From: a virus
Taxonomy: Duplodnaviria > Caudoviricetes
Strand: one strand, 5' to 3'
Virus record (IMG/VR): IMGVR_UViG_3300027628_000010
Location: 16,390-80,389 of that record
DNA length: 64,000 nucleotides
A model generated the notes under the pieces. The model saw only the letters and a program-made list of their open reading frames with translations, was not told where the DNA came from and did no database searches. Each line of letters begins with the position of its first letter. Within the stretch, counting starts at the first letter, position 1. A program made the translations under genes and the position numbers. Positions 29,233-38,052 of this stretch are shown piece by piece.

Positions 29233-30585
29233 ATGTCATTCGCTGATATCATTAACCAAGAAAGCAAGAATTTAGAAAACAACAACGGTGGAGATAACGC
29301 CAAAGTAAAATACCCGGAGACAAAACACAAACGTTTATTCTTCGCTAAAAACGAGCGTGAGTTATTAATTCAAGTACTACCGTCTGCTAATCTAGTAAGC
29401 GCATTTGCAGCTCCAGTTCGTAAAATCTTCTTAAGTGCAAAAAGCTCACAAGGTAAAGACATTAACTCGAACTTCACATTAGATGCTGACCCAAATCCGG
29501 GCTCTATCTTAGAGCAAAAGATCGCTGAATGGTCTGGTAAAGGATTGATTCCTAACGGATTCGGTGGACAACAATCACCTAAACGTGCGTTCCTAGTAAA
29601 CGTAGTTAAAATCGTACAGAACCCAGCTAACCCTCAACAATGGTTACAAGAGCGTGACGAGCACGGTAACTTAGTGGTACGAGTATTTGAAATGCCACAA
29701 TCGGGCTATGCTAACTTAATTCGTAAGTTACAAGACCCATTCATGAATAACTCAGGTTCGGAGCTATCATTCTTAGACCCTAATAAACCAGCTCCTATTA
29801 AAATCTCAAAACCTGCTAAAGGTCAAATGGAGTACCCAGTGGATGTTTACACTAACTTCCCATTACCTGCATTAGGTCAAGGATGGGAAAACCAATTAGA
29901 AGATTTACAGGCTCAAGCAGTTCCTACAGAGCGTTTAGAGAACGGGTTACAGTGGGTACAAGCGTTTATCGATATGAAAGAAGGACGCAAACCAACTCGT
30001 AATAACGATGATAACCAAGGACAGCAGCAGCAGCAAGCTAATCCTTACGCTCAACAAGGACAATCACAACAAGCTAACCCGTTTGCACAGCAACAACAGC
30101 AACAAACACAGGCAAATCCATTTGCTCAACAAGGACAAACACAACAAGCTAACCCGTTTGCTCAACAAGGACAAACACAACAAGCTAACCCGTTTGCTGG
30201 TCAACCACAAGGACAAGGTAATCCTTTTGAAGCGACTCAACAGCAACAGCAAGCTAACCCATTTGCAACGCAGCAACAACCTGCTCAACAACAGCAAACA
30301 CAAGCTAATCCGTTTGCTCAACAACCACAAGGGTTACAGCAAGATCAATTACCTGACAGTATGGGCGGTGGAGTTGACCAAGCGTTAAACAACTTGCCAC
30401 AAGCACCAGCTGAACAAACACAGCAACAACAACAACCAATGCAGCAGTCACAACCGACTGTACCTGCTCAGCAATCACAACCAACAATGCCACAACAAAA
30501 TGCACAGCCAACAATGCCAGCACACGCTAACAACAATGGCTTAATGGACATTGACGCAATGCTTGACCAAGAGTTAGGTAACTAA
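29233..30585 (+). CDS. Single-stranded DNA-binding protein (gp32-like) with Q-rich repeat tail
   Basis: Conserved position before recA; globular N-terminal half, low-complexity linker and acidic C-terminus DIDAMLDQELGN. Confidence 0.7.
   Translation: MSFADIINQESKNLENNNGGDNAKVKYPETKHKRLFFAKNERELLIQVLPSANLVSAFAAPVRKIFLSAKSSQGKDINSNFTLDADPNPGSILEQKIAEWSGKGLIPNGFGGQQSPKRAFLVNVVKIVQNPANPQQWLQERDEHGNLVVRVFEMPQSGYANLIRKLQDPFMNNSGSELSFLDPNKPAPIKISKPAKGQMEYPVDVYTNFPLPALGQGWENQLEDLQAQAVPTERLENGLQWVQAFIDMKEGRKPTRNNDDNQGQQQQQANPYAQQGQSQQANPFAQQQQQQTQANPFAQQGQTQQANPFAQQGQTQQANPFAGQPQGQGNPFEATQQQQQANPFATQQQPAQQQQTQANPFAQQPQGLQQDQLPDSMGGGVDQALNNLPQAPAEQTQQQQQPMQQSQPTVPAQQSQPTMPQQNAQPTMPAHANNNGLMDIDAMLDQELGN
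30031..30330 (+). repeat. Coding tandem repeats QQANP(F/Y)A (8 units), including an exact 36-bp duplication at 30121-30192
   Basis: caagctaacccgtttgc-like units; tttgctcaacaaggacaaacacaacaagctaacccg occurs twice in tandem. Confidence 0.95.
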
Positions 30586-30662
30586 TTGTAAGCAGAGAGT
30601 AGTAGCCTAGTTAATCGCTAGGCTCTACCTTTGATATAAACTCAGATTAATAGGAGGAAATT

Positions 30663-31025
30663 ATGGAAAACAAAACTGTTAAGGTATCTCATCCATTACT
30701 TACTGAAAAGTATACAAAGGTTTATCACGAAGCAGAACCTAAGTTTAATGCACCTCACCACTTTGATGTTACAGACACTGAAGGAAATCTATTAGCAGGA
30801 GTTAACTTCCAAGAGGGACCTATCCTCGAGGCAGGCGTTAACGGAGTCTGTAATGAAGACTTACTTGTTATGGTTCTACTTCGATTACAAGGATTCCAAA
30901 ACAGCCCATTCAGCTGTAAAGAAAATGCTATGGCAATTACAAAGATTGAAGAAGCTCTCCTATGGTTACGTAAGCGTACAATGGGACGAGAGCAAAAAGG
31001 TATCGAAGGCACTCACAAGCTTTAA
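30663..31025 (+). CDS. tad1: Tad1-family anti-Thoeris (signal-molecule sponge) protein
   Basis: HHF...VNFQEGP...GV.NEDLL....[40 protein letters not shown] matches the Tad1 pattern as I recall it (FQKG...GV..SDLL...RL..FQAGPFSSRENA.A.T..EEAL.W..RR..DR..R.V.GT). Confidence 0.85.
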   Translation: MENKTVKVSHPLLTEKYTKVYHEAEPKFNAPHHFDVTDTEGNLLAGVNFQEGPILEAGVNGVCNEDLLVMVLLRLQGFQNSPFSCKENAMAITKIEEALLWLRKRTMGREQKGIEGTHKL

Positions 31026-31086
31026 TCTCTATCATACTTAAAACCTACATTAAAAATTCTAGTTACATATACGGAGGGAAATTAAT

Positions 31087-32298
31087 TTGGCTAAAAAGAA
31101 CAGTAAATTAAATATTAATCCAGTAGATATCGACTTATCAGCATTAGGAAGTGAAGCAGGTCTAACAATCTTACATGATTCAGACTATGCAATGGTATTT
31201 GACCGCTTACCTCTTTTCTTACCGAAAGTAGACAAGGCAATCGGTGGTGGACTTCCATTTGGAAGAATGATCGAGGTCGCAGGTAAGAACGCAGGTGGTA
31301 AATCCACATTAGCTTTCCATGCTGCTCGAGTAGGTACTGCACTAGGCTGTATCGTAGTATTAGTAGATGTAGAGGGTACAGCAGATCGTATCCGACTAGC
31401 TCACCTAGGAATCGATACACGTAAAATCTTAGTTAAGCAGCCGGACCCAGAGCAAGGTATTAACTTAACGGTAGAAGAAATTGGACGAACAATTGAAGAT
31501 ACATTAGAAATCTTCAAAAAGAAATATCCGGGTGTACCTGTTATCTTTATCTGGGACTCTGTAGGTCAAACGCCTTCTAAAGTCGAGCTAGATAAAGATT
31601 ACGGTGACCAAAACGTAGGTGCTCGAGCAAAAGCAATTACTCAGTTCATTACGAAGGTTGCTCCACAGATTTCAGAAACGAAGTCTATGTTAATCGCAAT
31701 CAACCAAATTCGTGATGACATCGGCGGAAATCCAATGTTCCAAACGATGAAAGTACCGGGCGGTAAAGCTTGGGAGCATTACGCTTCACTTCGTATCGAG
31801 ATTAAAAAGAAAAATGCAATCAAAAAAGGGCAAGACAAGATCGGTCATATCATGGGTGTTAAGGTTAACAAATCCAAAGTATGCCGACCACATCAAGAGG
31901 CAGATGCTTACTTAATCTCCGACAACGGATTGGATTACGAGTACAATATCGCTAAAATGGCTGAGGATGCTAAAGTTCTACCAGCTCCGGGTCAAAGCTA
32001 CGATTATGTAGATGCAGATGGCGTACAACATAAGATGAAGAAAGATTTATTCATCGAGTTCTTACGTACACCTGAAGGACAACAAGTACGTGAGGAATTA
32101 CTTAACAAGCTAGTATCAGTAGAGTTTCCAGAAGGTTACGTTGCCCTTACCAATGCTAACCTAGATATCTCAGGCTGGATGGATACAGTCCACGAAGCAG
32201 GGTTAACACCTTTAGATGAGATTGGAGACCTACCTGAACAAGGAGCTGACGATCTCGTTAAAGAGATTGAAGAAGAGATTAGAGGAGAGCAGGAGTGA
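31087..32298 (+). CDS. recA: RecA/UvsX recombinase
   Basis: TTG start; GGGLPFGRMIEVAGKNAGGKS, WDS, INQIR and GGKAWEHYASLR motifs. Confidence 0.93.
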   Translation: MAKKNSKLNINPVDIDLSALGSEAGLTILHDSDYAMVFDRLPLFLPKVDKAIGGGLPFGRMIEVAGKNAGGKSTLAFHAARVGTALGCIVVLVDVEGTADRIRLAHLGIDTRKILVKQPDPEQGINLTVEEIGRTIEDTLEIFKKKYPGVPVIFIWDSVGQTPSKVELDKDYGDQNVGARAKAITQFITKVAPQISETKSMLIAINQIRDDIGGNPMFQTMKVPGGKAWEHYASLRIEIKKKNAIKKGQDKIGHIMGVKVNKSKVCRPHQEADAYLISDNGLDYEYNIAKMAEDAKVLPAPGQSYDYVDADGVQHKMKKDLFIEFLRTPEGQQVREELLNKLVSVEFPEGYVALTNANLDISGWMDTVHEAGLTPLDEIGDLPEQGADDLVKEIEEEIRGEQE

Positions 32299-32702
32299 TT
32301 CCTGCTTCTTCTTTCTACAGTAGAAGGGTGGGTAGTGGAGTGCAAAAAGATAGTCATGGTGAACTAGTAGCTAATACGTTACAGTATTATAGAGAGCGTA
32401 CAAAAAGTGTAGATAAATCTGCCCCTAAACCTTACCTTAGTATCAAGCAAAAGCTCCAACAGACCGTTAGTGAGGGAAAACGAGTCTTAATTGACATCAA
32501 GGATTCCTACAGCGTTCAAACAGTAGTTGTACGCTTCGAGTATGTGAGTGACCGCTGGGCAATGGGAAAATCAATTTGCTACCTAGAAGGTGAAGAAGTA
32601 GAAGTACCTTACTCCATTCATTTTTCAGACATCCTATGTAAACGCCTTAAAATTAAGGTAATTACGGAAGGAGAGAATCCTTTTATAGGAGCCAACAAAT
32701 GA
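32295..32702 (+). CDS. Conserved hypothetical protein between recA and sigma
   Basis: GTGA overlap; conserved position. Confidence 0.65.
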   Translation: MIPASSFYSRRVGSGVQKDSHGELVANTLQYYRERTKSVDKSAPKPYLSIKQKLQQTVSEGKRVLIDIKDSYSVQTVVVRFEYVSDRWAMGKSICYLEGEEVEVPYSIHFSDILCKRLKIKVITEGENPFIGANK

Positions 32703-33331
32703 GAAATCCTGAGAAGGAGCAAGAACAGATACTAAATGGAAACCGTTTCGTAGTGAATACCAATGAAGCAACAGGGGTATTCCTACGGGATGTTGATAAG
32801 CTAATGCACCAATACCGTAACTTACGGTTAAGCGTGTATAATAGCTTTAAAGAATACTTACCAGACCCTGTATCACAAGCAGAATTAATGAGCTATATAG
32901 ACGAGCAATTTGTTCGTTTAGTAAAGGAATATGATATTAACGGTCCAGTAGACTTCCCCGGGTATATTAAAACAAAGTTAACATACAGAGTGAAACACTC
33001 CTATATCAAAGGAGAGTACCGGGACCGACAAAGAGTATTCCTTCCAAAAAGTGAATTTGACGTATCTAATCTGATTGAGCGCAGCCCTGTAAGAGATGAA
33101 GAGCTCGACTACTACGAAGTGCTTGAATACACTCTTCAGGATGTAAAGCTTACAGCATTGGAAAAAGAGATTCTGTTCTACCTATTACAGGAGATGACAG
33201 ACCCTCAAATCGAAAGAAAAGTCAAACAGAACCATGCCAATTCCAAGATCAGTTCCGCAGTCATTAGAGACTCTTTAAAGCAAATGCAGATATTCCTTAA
33301 GACTCGATTAAACAATGCTTTAGAGTCTTAA
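32699..33331 (+). CDS. Phage RNA polymerase sigma factor (SPO1 gp34-like, late)
   Basis: ELMSYIDEQFVRLVKEYD...FPGYIKTKL region 2 pattern; LTALEKEIL region 4; conserved position. Confidence 0.75.
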   Translation: MRNPEKEQEQILNGNRFVVNTNEATGVFLRDVDKLMHQYRNLRLSVYNSFKEYLPDPVSQAELMSYIDEQFVRLVKEYDINGPVDFPGYIKTKLTYRVKHSYIKGEYRDRQRVFLPKSEFDVSNLIERSPVRDEELDYYEVLEYTLQDVKLTALEKEILFYLLQEMTDPQIERKVKQNHANSKISSAVIRDSLKQMQIFLKTRLNNALES

Positions 33332-33332
33332 G

Positions 33333-33342
33333 TGTTATATTA
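33333..33342 (+). promoter_or_regulatory. Herellevirus late promoter -10 element
   Basis: TGTTATATTA, matching the late-promoter consensus reported for Twort-like phages, directly upstream of the holin. Confidence 0.65.
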
Positions 33343-33363
33343 GAAGGAGAACTTACAGAAAGG

Positions 33364-33684
33364 ATGGGTAATATGGCTAACCAAAATAAACCTGTACGTA
33401 CAATAGTTCAGAGTGTAGAAGTGCCTGTGGAAGCGCCAAAAGTTAGTGCAAAGCTAATTGCTGTCACTATCTTTTACCTAGCGGTTATCTTCAATACTGT
33501 ATCAGACCTAATGGGCTGGGGATTCCATTTTAAAGCAGACGAAAACAAGATTTACGAAGCTGTAACTGCTATTTCTACAGTAGTTGCTATTGCTTTAGCT
33601 GCTTATAAAAACCATAACTACACAAAAGAAGCACGTATTAAAGCTGTTGCTGCAAAGCAAGTAGAAACTGAAATTAAAAACTAA
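33364..33684 (+). CDS. Holin (SPP1-like)
   Basis: Two TM helices followed by YKNHNYTKEA; possible dual start Met-Gly-Asn-Met. Confidence 0.75.
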   Translation: MGNMANQNKPVRTIVQSVEVPVEAPKVSAKLIAVTIFYLAVIFNTVSDLMGWGFHFKADENKIYEAVTAISTVVAIALAAYKNHNYTKEARIKAVAAKQVETEIKN

Positions 33685-33707
33685 GTAGCTGAGAGGAGCT
33701 AATTGAA

Positions 33708-34163
33708 ATGAAACTATCTGAATTAATGAAACAATCAACTGTAACACTTACTGCTGGAGATTACTTAGTAGCCAATACAGCGGCTGCTGGCTACCTTCCG
33801 ACACACCGAGAAACATCTGCTTTACACAGCGGACGTTATATCTTTAAGATCGTATCTGGAGGCGGAGCAGGTAAATTTAATATTATCCCTATGCTGATTA
33901 CTGAAGATCAAAAAGGCTATGCAGAAGCACCAGACAAACCAATCGTACTAGTAGAGCCAACAAAGGTTACATATGTTACAACTCGTAACCACCCGGACCG
34001 TAAAGATGTTTACACTTCTTTCAAGTATGATGTTGTAAAAGGCATTAAAGCTGGAGAAGAAGCTCGTCATGCTTTAGCTGCTTTCGTTGCTTTCACAACT
34101 AGCGAATATTCACTAGGAGTTAACGACTTCCGAGTAGAAGGCGAAGACTATTTAGACGCTTAA
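33708..34163 (+). CDS. Hypothetical protein, probably late/virion-associated
   Basis: Co-transcribed with the holin from the late promoter. Confidence 0.65.
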   Translation: MKLSELMKQSTVTLTAGDYLVANTAAAGYLPTHRETSALHSGRYIFKIVSGGGAGKFNIIPMLITEDQKGYAEAPDKPIVLVEPTKVTYVTTRNHPDRKDVYTSFKYDVVKGIKAGEEARHALAAFVAFTTSEYSLGVNDFRVEGEDYLDA

Positions 34164-34185
34164 TAGGAACTGTACAAGGATAATC

Positions 34186-34221
34186 AAAGAAGAGGGGTTT
34201 TTCATACCCTCTTCTTTTTTA
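34186..34221 (+). terminator. Rho-independent terminator
   Basis: aaagaagaggg...ccctcttcttt followed by a T-run. Confidence 0.85.
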
Positions 34222-34275
34222 TTTAAACCAATTTTAACTTTTTGTAAAAAAACTGAAATAAAACAAACTTTATTG

Positions 34276-34304
34276 TTGACTATTACTCTATATTTTGGTA
34301 GTAT
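34276..34304 (+). promoter_or_regulatory. SigA-type promoter
   Basis: TTGACT-17-TG.TAGTAT. Confidence 0.7.
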
Positions 34305-34345
34305 GTATATAGGGAGTTACAGACCCCTAGAATAGGAGGCTGGGC

Positions 34346-35299
34346 ATGAGTAAGGAAAAAGAGAAAAGAAGAGTTAGAGTATTCGTCCCCACTACTTTTG
34401 AAGGAGTGACTAGCGTAGCCATTTTGGAGGAGCTAACCAAAGGCTCTGATGAATTGGAACTAGATATAGAGTACACTAGTCATTTGGACTTCCGGGACCA
34501 CCAGAAATTTACCGATATGGACATTGTACTCGTTATCGGCTTACCGTACAAAGGATACGCTTTACCGACTGAGTTCCAACTAGGTGTAGACGTTCCATTC
34601 ATGGATTTCATTCATGCAGCTACGTACGGGGAAGAGATCGAGGGAGAGAACATCATTTCAATGGTGGACCCAGATAAGGACCCAATTAAACAAATCGCTG
34701 ATTTCTTAACAACGCTGCCGGAGTCTAGCTTATTATCCAAATATGTTGAATTTACGGACAAAGCGTGGTACCTTATTCAAGCGGTAAATGACTATCGCAT
34801 TTGGAACTGGGAGAATAACAACATAACCCGTATGCTGCTTGCGTTATACCAAGCAAGCCATAAGTGGATGCCACGTTTAATGAGAGGTCTAACATTAGAA
34901 GAAATCATTAAACGCAACGCACCAGTTATTCAGGGTCAAATGGAGAAAATGAAAGATTACATTGAGTTGAAATTGAAAATGACAAAGAGATATAATGTTG
35001 TGGTAGAAGGACAAAGCTGCTTACTGAAAGTGGTATTTGCAGATCAGTACATAAACGAATTGGCTAATAAGTTACTCACCGAAGAACAGACAGCTTTACC
35101 AGTGATTGTTTGTGTAGGCAGACCTACAAAGTCGAATGATATGTTTTCTATTCGGACTACGGTAGTGAACGCCGGGAAGATCGCTTATATGATTAACGAA
35201 GGTGGAGGCAAGGAAACTGTAGCAAGTGTCTTCACAGGAATAAGTTATGCAGAACTAATGGGGAATGGTATCGTTACGAAACTAGCTCAAGGAGAGTAG
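34346..35299 (+). CDS. Degenerate DHH/DHHA1 phosphoesterase-like protein
   Basis: AVNDYRIWNW and FSIR...AGKIA..EGGGKETVAS resemble NrnA-like DHH/DHHA1 motifs, but the catalytic D/H residues are missing. Confidence 0.55.
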   Translation: MSKEKEKRRVRVFVPTTFEGVTSVAILEELTKGSDELELDIEYTSHLDFRDHQKFTDMDIVLVIGLPYKGYALPTEFQLGVDVPFMDFIHAATYGEEIEGENIISMVDPDKDPIKQIADFLTTLPESSLLSKYVEFTDKAWYLIQAVNDYRIWNWENNNITRMLLALYQASHKWMPRLMRGLTLEEIIKRNAPVIQGQMEKMKDYIELKLKMTKRYNVVVEGQSCLLKVVFADQYINELANKLLTEEQTALPVIVCVGRPTKSNDMFSIRTTVVNAGKIAYMINEGGGKETVASVFTGISYAELMGNGIVTKLAQGE

Positions 35300-35338
35300 T
35301 AGCGGTGCTTTTATGTTACAATTAAGGGAGGAAATTAT

Positions 35339-35617
35339 ATGGAACAAAACATTAACGATTTTGTAGGTGCTTTTGGGGTTACGACAGATGAAAATTTCGG
35401 ACAAATCACAAGCTTACTAGCTGAGCAAGGTAAGGTATTAAAGGAAGAAGAGGCATATGCCAAAACACCAAAAGCAAAGACAGAGCTAATTACTACGTAT
35501 TATCAGGTTGAAGATAGAATCTACCGACTATGGTATCAAGTAAAAACACCTCACGGAACTAAAGGAGCAGCGTTAGCATTCAGCTTTGATAAAATGCCAG
35601 CTGACTTTAAATTATAG
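35339..35617 (+). CDS. Hypothetical protein (92 aa)
   Basis: RBS ggagg. Confidence 0.7.
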   Translation: MEQNINDFVGAFGVTTDENFGQITSLLAEQGKVLKEEEAYAKTPKAKTELITTYYQVEDRIYRLWYQVKTPHGTKGAALAFSFDKMPADFKL

Positions 35618-35631
35618 GAGTGAATAACTAA

Positions 35632-36942
35632 ATGGGCAAAGAAAATTTGACGAATGAAGAGTTAACACGATTAAGTACAGAGGAAGGCGCTTTTGCAGCA
35701 GTCATGGGCTACTTGAAAGCAGAACGGGGCAAAATTGCCCCCTCTGTTTTTAATAAATTGATAGCTGAACTGGGTTACCCTAAACAAAGAAAAGATGACC
35801 TAGTAAAAGTAGCTTCAATGATTAATAGCAGTGAAACCCTTTCAAGTCTTTACGACAAAGCATTTGAGCGTAAAATCCGCCTAGAGGATATCCCGAACGC
35901 AATTGGCGATACAGAGAGCCTAGACGAAGACGATCTATTTGCTCAAGTAACAAGCTACATGATCATGAATGAGGATAACAATGAGCGTTTACGTGAGTTA
36001 CGTCACTTACAACGTCAAGGCGTATACATGAAACGTTTAATGGACAGCTTGAAGAAACACCTATTTGAAGAATACAAGGGAATGCCTCGAGCTAAATACT
36101 TACAAACACCTAAGCCAGCACCTAAAAAAGGGGACCGCAGCTTAATCTTAGCTGTATCAGATTGGCATGTTGGAGCTTTAGTATACAATCAAGATACGGG
36201 TGGATATAACTTCGTTAAGCTTAACCGCCAAATTCAAGGGCTTATGGAGCAGGTACTAAGCTTAATCGAAGAGCTAGACATTAAAAATTTATACGTATTC
36301 CATATTGGAGATATTATTGAGCACATTTCAATGCGTAATGTTAACCAAGCGTTCGAAGCAGAGTTTAACCTTGCACAGCAAATTTCTAAATCGTATCGTT
36401 TAGTTGTAGACATGCTTATGACTCTATCAAAACATGTTCATGTAACGTTTGGAATGGTATCAGGTAACCACGATCGTTTAATCGGAAATAAAGCAGACAA
36501 GGTATATAACGATACAGCAGTATATGTAATGGTAGACCTGTTGTTCCAAGCTCAAGAAGTATTTGGACAATTACCAAATGTCACGCTAATTGACAACCGA
36601 GAAGATACATACGAATTTATGGTGAAGGTTGCAGGTAAAAACATAAAAGTTAAACACGGGGACCATGAGAAGAAGAAAGACGATCAAAAGATTCCTAGTC
36701 ACATTAAGGAAGAGCCGATCGATTATCTCTACTTAGCTCATATCCATACAACTCGTATCATTCAGGAAGATTATGCTCGATTCCATATCTACGTAAGCAG
36801 TCCGATGGGAGGCAATTCATACGCCAAAGAGCATGGGTTCCCTACTACATTTGGTTCACAGATGCTTACGGTATTGACAGAAGGCAGTTCGACTCCTTGG
36901 TTTATTCCAATGATGTTTACAAAAGGAGGGGAAATCGACTAA
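35632..36942 (+). CDS. Calcineurin-like metallophosphoesterase
   Basis: SDWH, GDIIE, GNHDR, HGDH and AHIH motifs after a helical N-terminal domain. Confidence 0.85.
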   Translation: MGKENLTNEELTRLSTEEGAFAAVMGYLKAERGKIAPSVFNKLIAELGYPKQRKDDLVKVASMINSSETLSSLYDKAFERKIRLEDIPNAIGDTESLDEDDLFAQVTSYMIMNEDNNERLRELRHLQRQGVYMKRLMDSLKKHLFEEYKGMPRAKYLQTPKPAPKKGDRSLILAVSDWHVGALVYNQDTGGYNFVKLNRQIQGLMEQVLSLIEELDIKNLYVFHIGDIIEHISMRNVNQAFEAEFNLAQQISKSYRLVVDMLMTLSKHVHVTFGMVSGNHDRLIGNKADKVYNDTAVYVMVDLLFQAQEVFGQLPNVTLIDNREDTYEFMVKVAGKNIKVKHGDHEKKKDDQKIPSHIKEEPIDYLYLAHIHTTRIIQEDYARFHIYVSSPMGGNSYAKEHGFPTTFGSQMLTVLTEGSSTPWFIPMMFTKGGEID

Positions 36943-37316
36943 TGTTAACAGTTGTACTTGTTTCACTAGCATTTGTTATCCTGTGTACGTTCTTAGCTAG
37001 TTTAGGTAATTCATTGTCAACAAGCAGCCAATTAAAAGCAGCAGGCAAAAAGCCCCTATACGGTCAAAACATTACGACCGTAGCTGTGGCGGCACTTGGA
37101 GAAGTTTTAGTCGTTGGGTTAGTCTTTTACTTAATCTTCGGCGCTTTCCATGTATCACAGAACGCTTCGACTATATCAGTAGCTTTCATGTTTGGGTATC
37201 TCCTACGTAATGTTGGTAGGTACTATGGAACAATAATTACATGGTCTGTATTCTTAAGCATTGGCAAACGTAAGATGAGAAAACAACTAGAGGAAGAGAA
37301 TAAGACAGCTTTGTAA
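36942..37316 (+). CDS. Membrane protein (3 TM)
   Basis: Hydrophobic segments; TAATG coupling. Confidence 0.65.
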   Translation: MLTVVLVSLAFVILCTFLASLGNSLSTSSQLKAAGKKPLYGQNITTVAVAALGEVLVVGLVFYLIFGAFHVSQNASTISVAFMFGYLLRNVGRYYGTIITWSVFLSIGKRKMRKQLEEENKTAL

Positions 37317-37330
37317 GCTGTCTTTTTTTT
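37302..37330 (+). terminator. Rho-independent terminator
   Basis: aagacagct...agctgtctt followed by a T-run. Confidence 0.8.
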
Positions 37331-37355
37331 ATAAAAAAAAAGTTTTAAATAATAG

Positions 37356-37385
37356 TAGACAAGGAGACTGTAACCATGCTATAAT
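37356..37385 (+). promoter_or_regulatory. SigA-type promoter
   Basis: TAGACA-18-TG.TATAAT. Confidence 0.75.
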
Positions 37386-37441
37386 AAGCTTGTAACATAC
37401 AGAGAGCACAAAATAATAAAAGAATAAGAGGAGGAAACAAA

Positions 37442-37753
37442 ATGTTTGCAGAAAAGAAGATTAACATTTTTGACAAAGAAAAGGTTACGATAGGGTCCTT
37501 CATTACCTTCTGTATACTTACAAAAGATTACGATGACGGAGCAATTGTATGGGATAAAGGTATACCGATGAACGGAATTATCAACATAGTAACTGAAACA
37601 TACCTTGAAGTCCGTACAATCAATGAAACATACCAGATTTACATGCATAGACTTCTAGGTTCACCTGCTTTTGATGATCGAGCTCAAGGACCTTTCTTCC
37701 ATATATACGGGATTGCAAAGAATGTCAAAGGAGGAGGACCGGCAGATGTTTAA
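37442..37753 (+). CDS. Hypothetical protein, paralog A1
   Basis: RBS gaggagg; shares motifs with the next ORF. Confidence 0.75.
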   Translation: MFAEKKINIFDKEKVTIGSFITFCILTKDYDDGAIVWDKGIPMNGIINIVTETYLEVRTINETYQIYMHRLLGSPAFDDRAQGPFFHIYGIAKNVKGGGPADV

Positions 37754-38048
37754 GCCAAGAACAGTTTATGACTTTGATACAGACGTTTTTAAAGAAGGTG
37801 CTTTTATAACATTCTGTAAAATGGAAAAAGTTCTCGAAGATGAGAGTGGAAATTACGAGTGGATAGAAAGTAAACACGTTAATGGTTTAGTTACTTGTGC
37901 AGACTTTGAAAATATTACTATATTGACTGCTATGGGAAGATCGTATTCAATATATGCAAACGAATTAGTAGACTCTCCAATGTTTGATGAAGGTGTATCA
38001 AGGAACTATAAAATATTAGGAGTTATTCATAGCGCTATCAAGGAGTGA
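37746..38048 (+). CDS. Hypothetical protein, paralog A2
   Basis: RBS ggagg before the ATG at 37746. Confidence 0.75.
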   Translation: MFKPRTVYDFDTDVFKEGAFITFCKMEKVLEDESGNYEWIESKHVNGLVTCADFENITILTAMGRSYSIYANELVDSPMFDEGVSRNYKILGVIHSAIKE

Positions 38049-38052
38049 TCAT

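Noticed and set aside
30031-30330. Repeat array as a CRISPR or ncRNA
   Set aside because: The units are in-frame coding repeats with no unique spacers and no cas genes.
30008-30523. Alternative-frame ORFs over the SSB repeats
   Set aside because: They stay open only because the CAA-rich repeats lack stops in those frames; no RBS.
3421-32298. Inteins in helicase, RNR alpha or RecA
   Set aside because: Lengths are normal and no C/S...HN-C/S/T splice junctions were seen.
35632-36942. Apyc1/Acb1-type anti-defence nuclease
   Set aside because: The motifs are calcineurin-like, not metallo-beta-lactamase (HxHxDH) or 2H (HxT), and the gene occupies a conserved core position.
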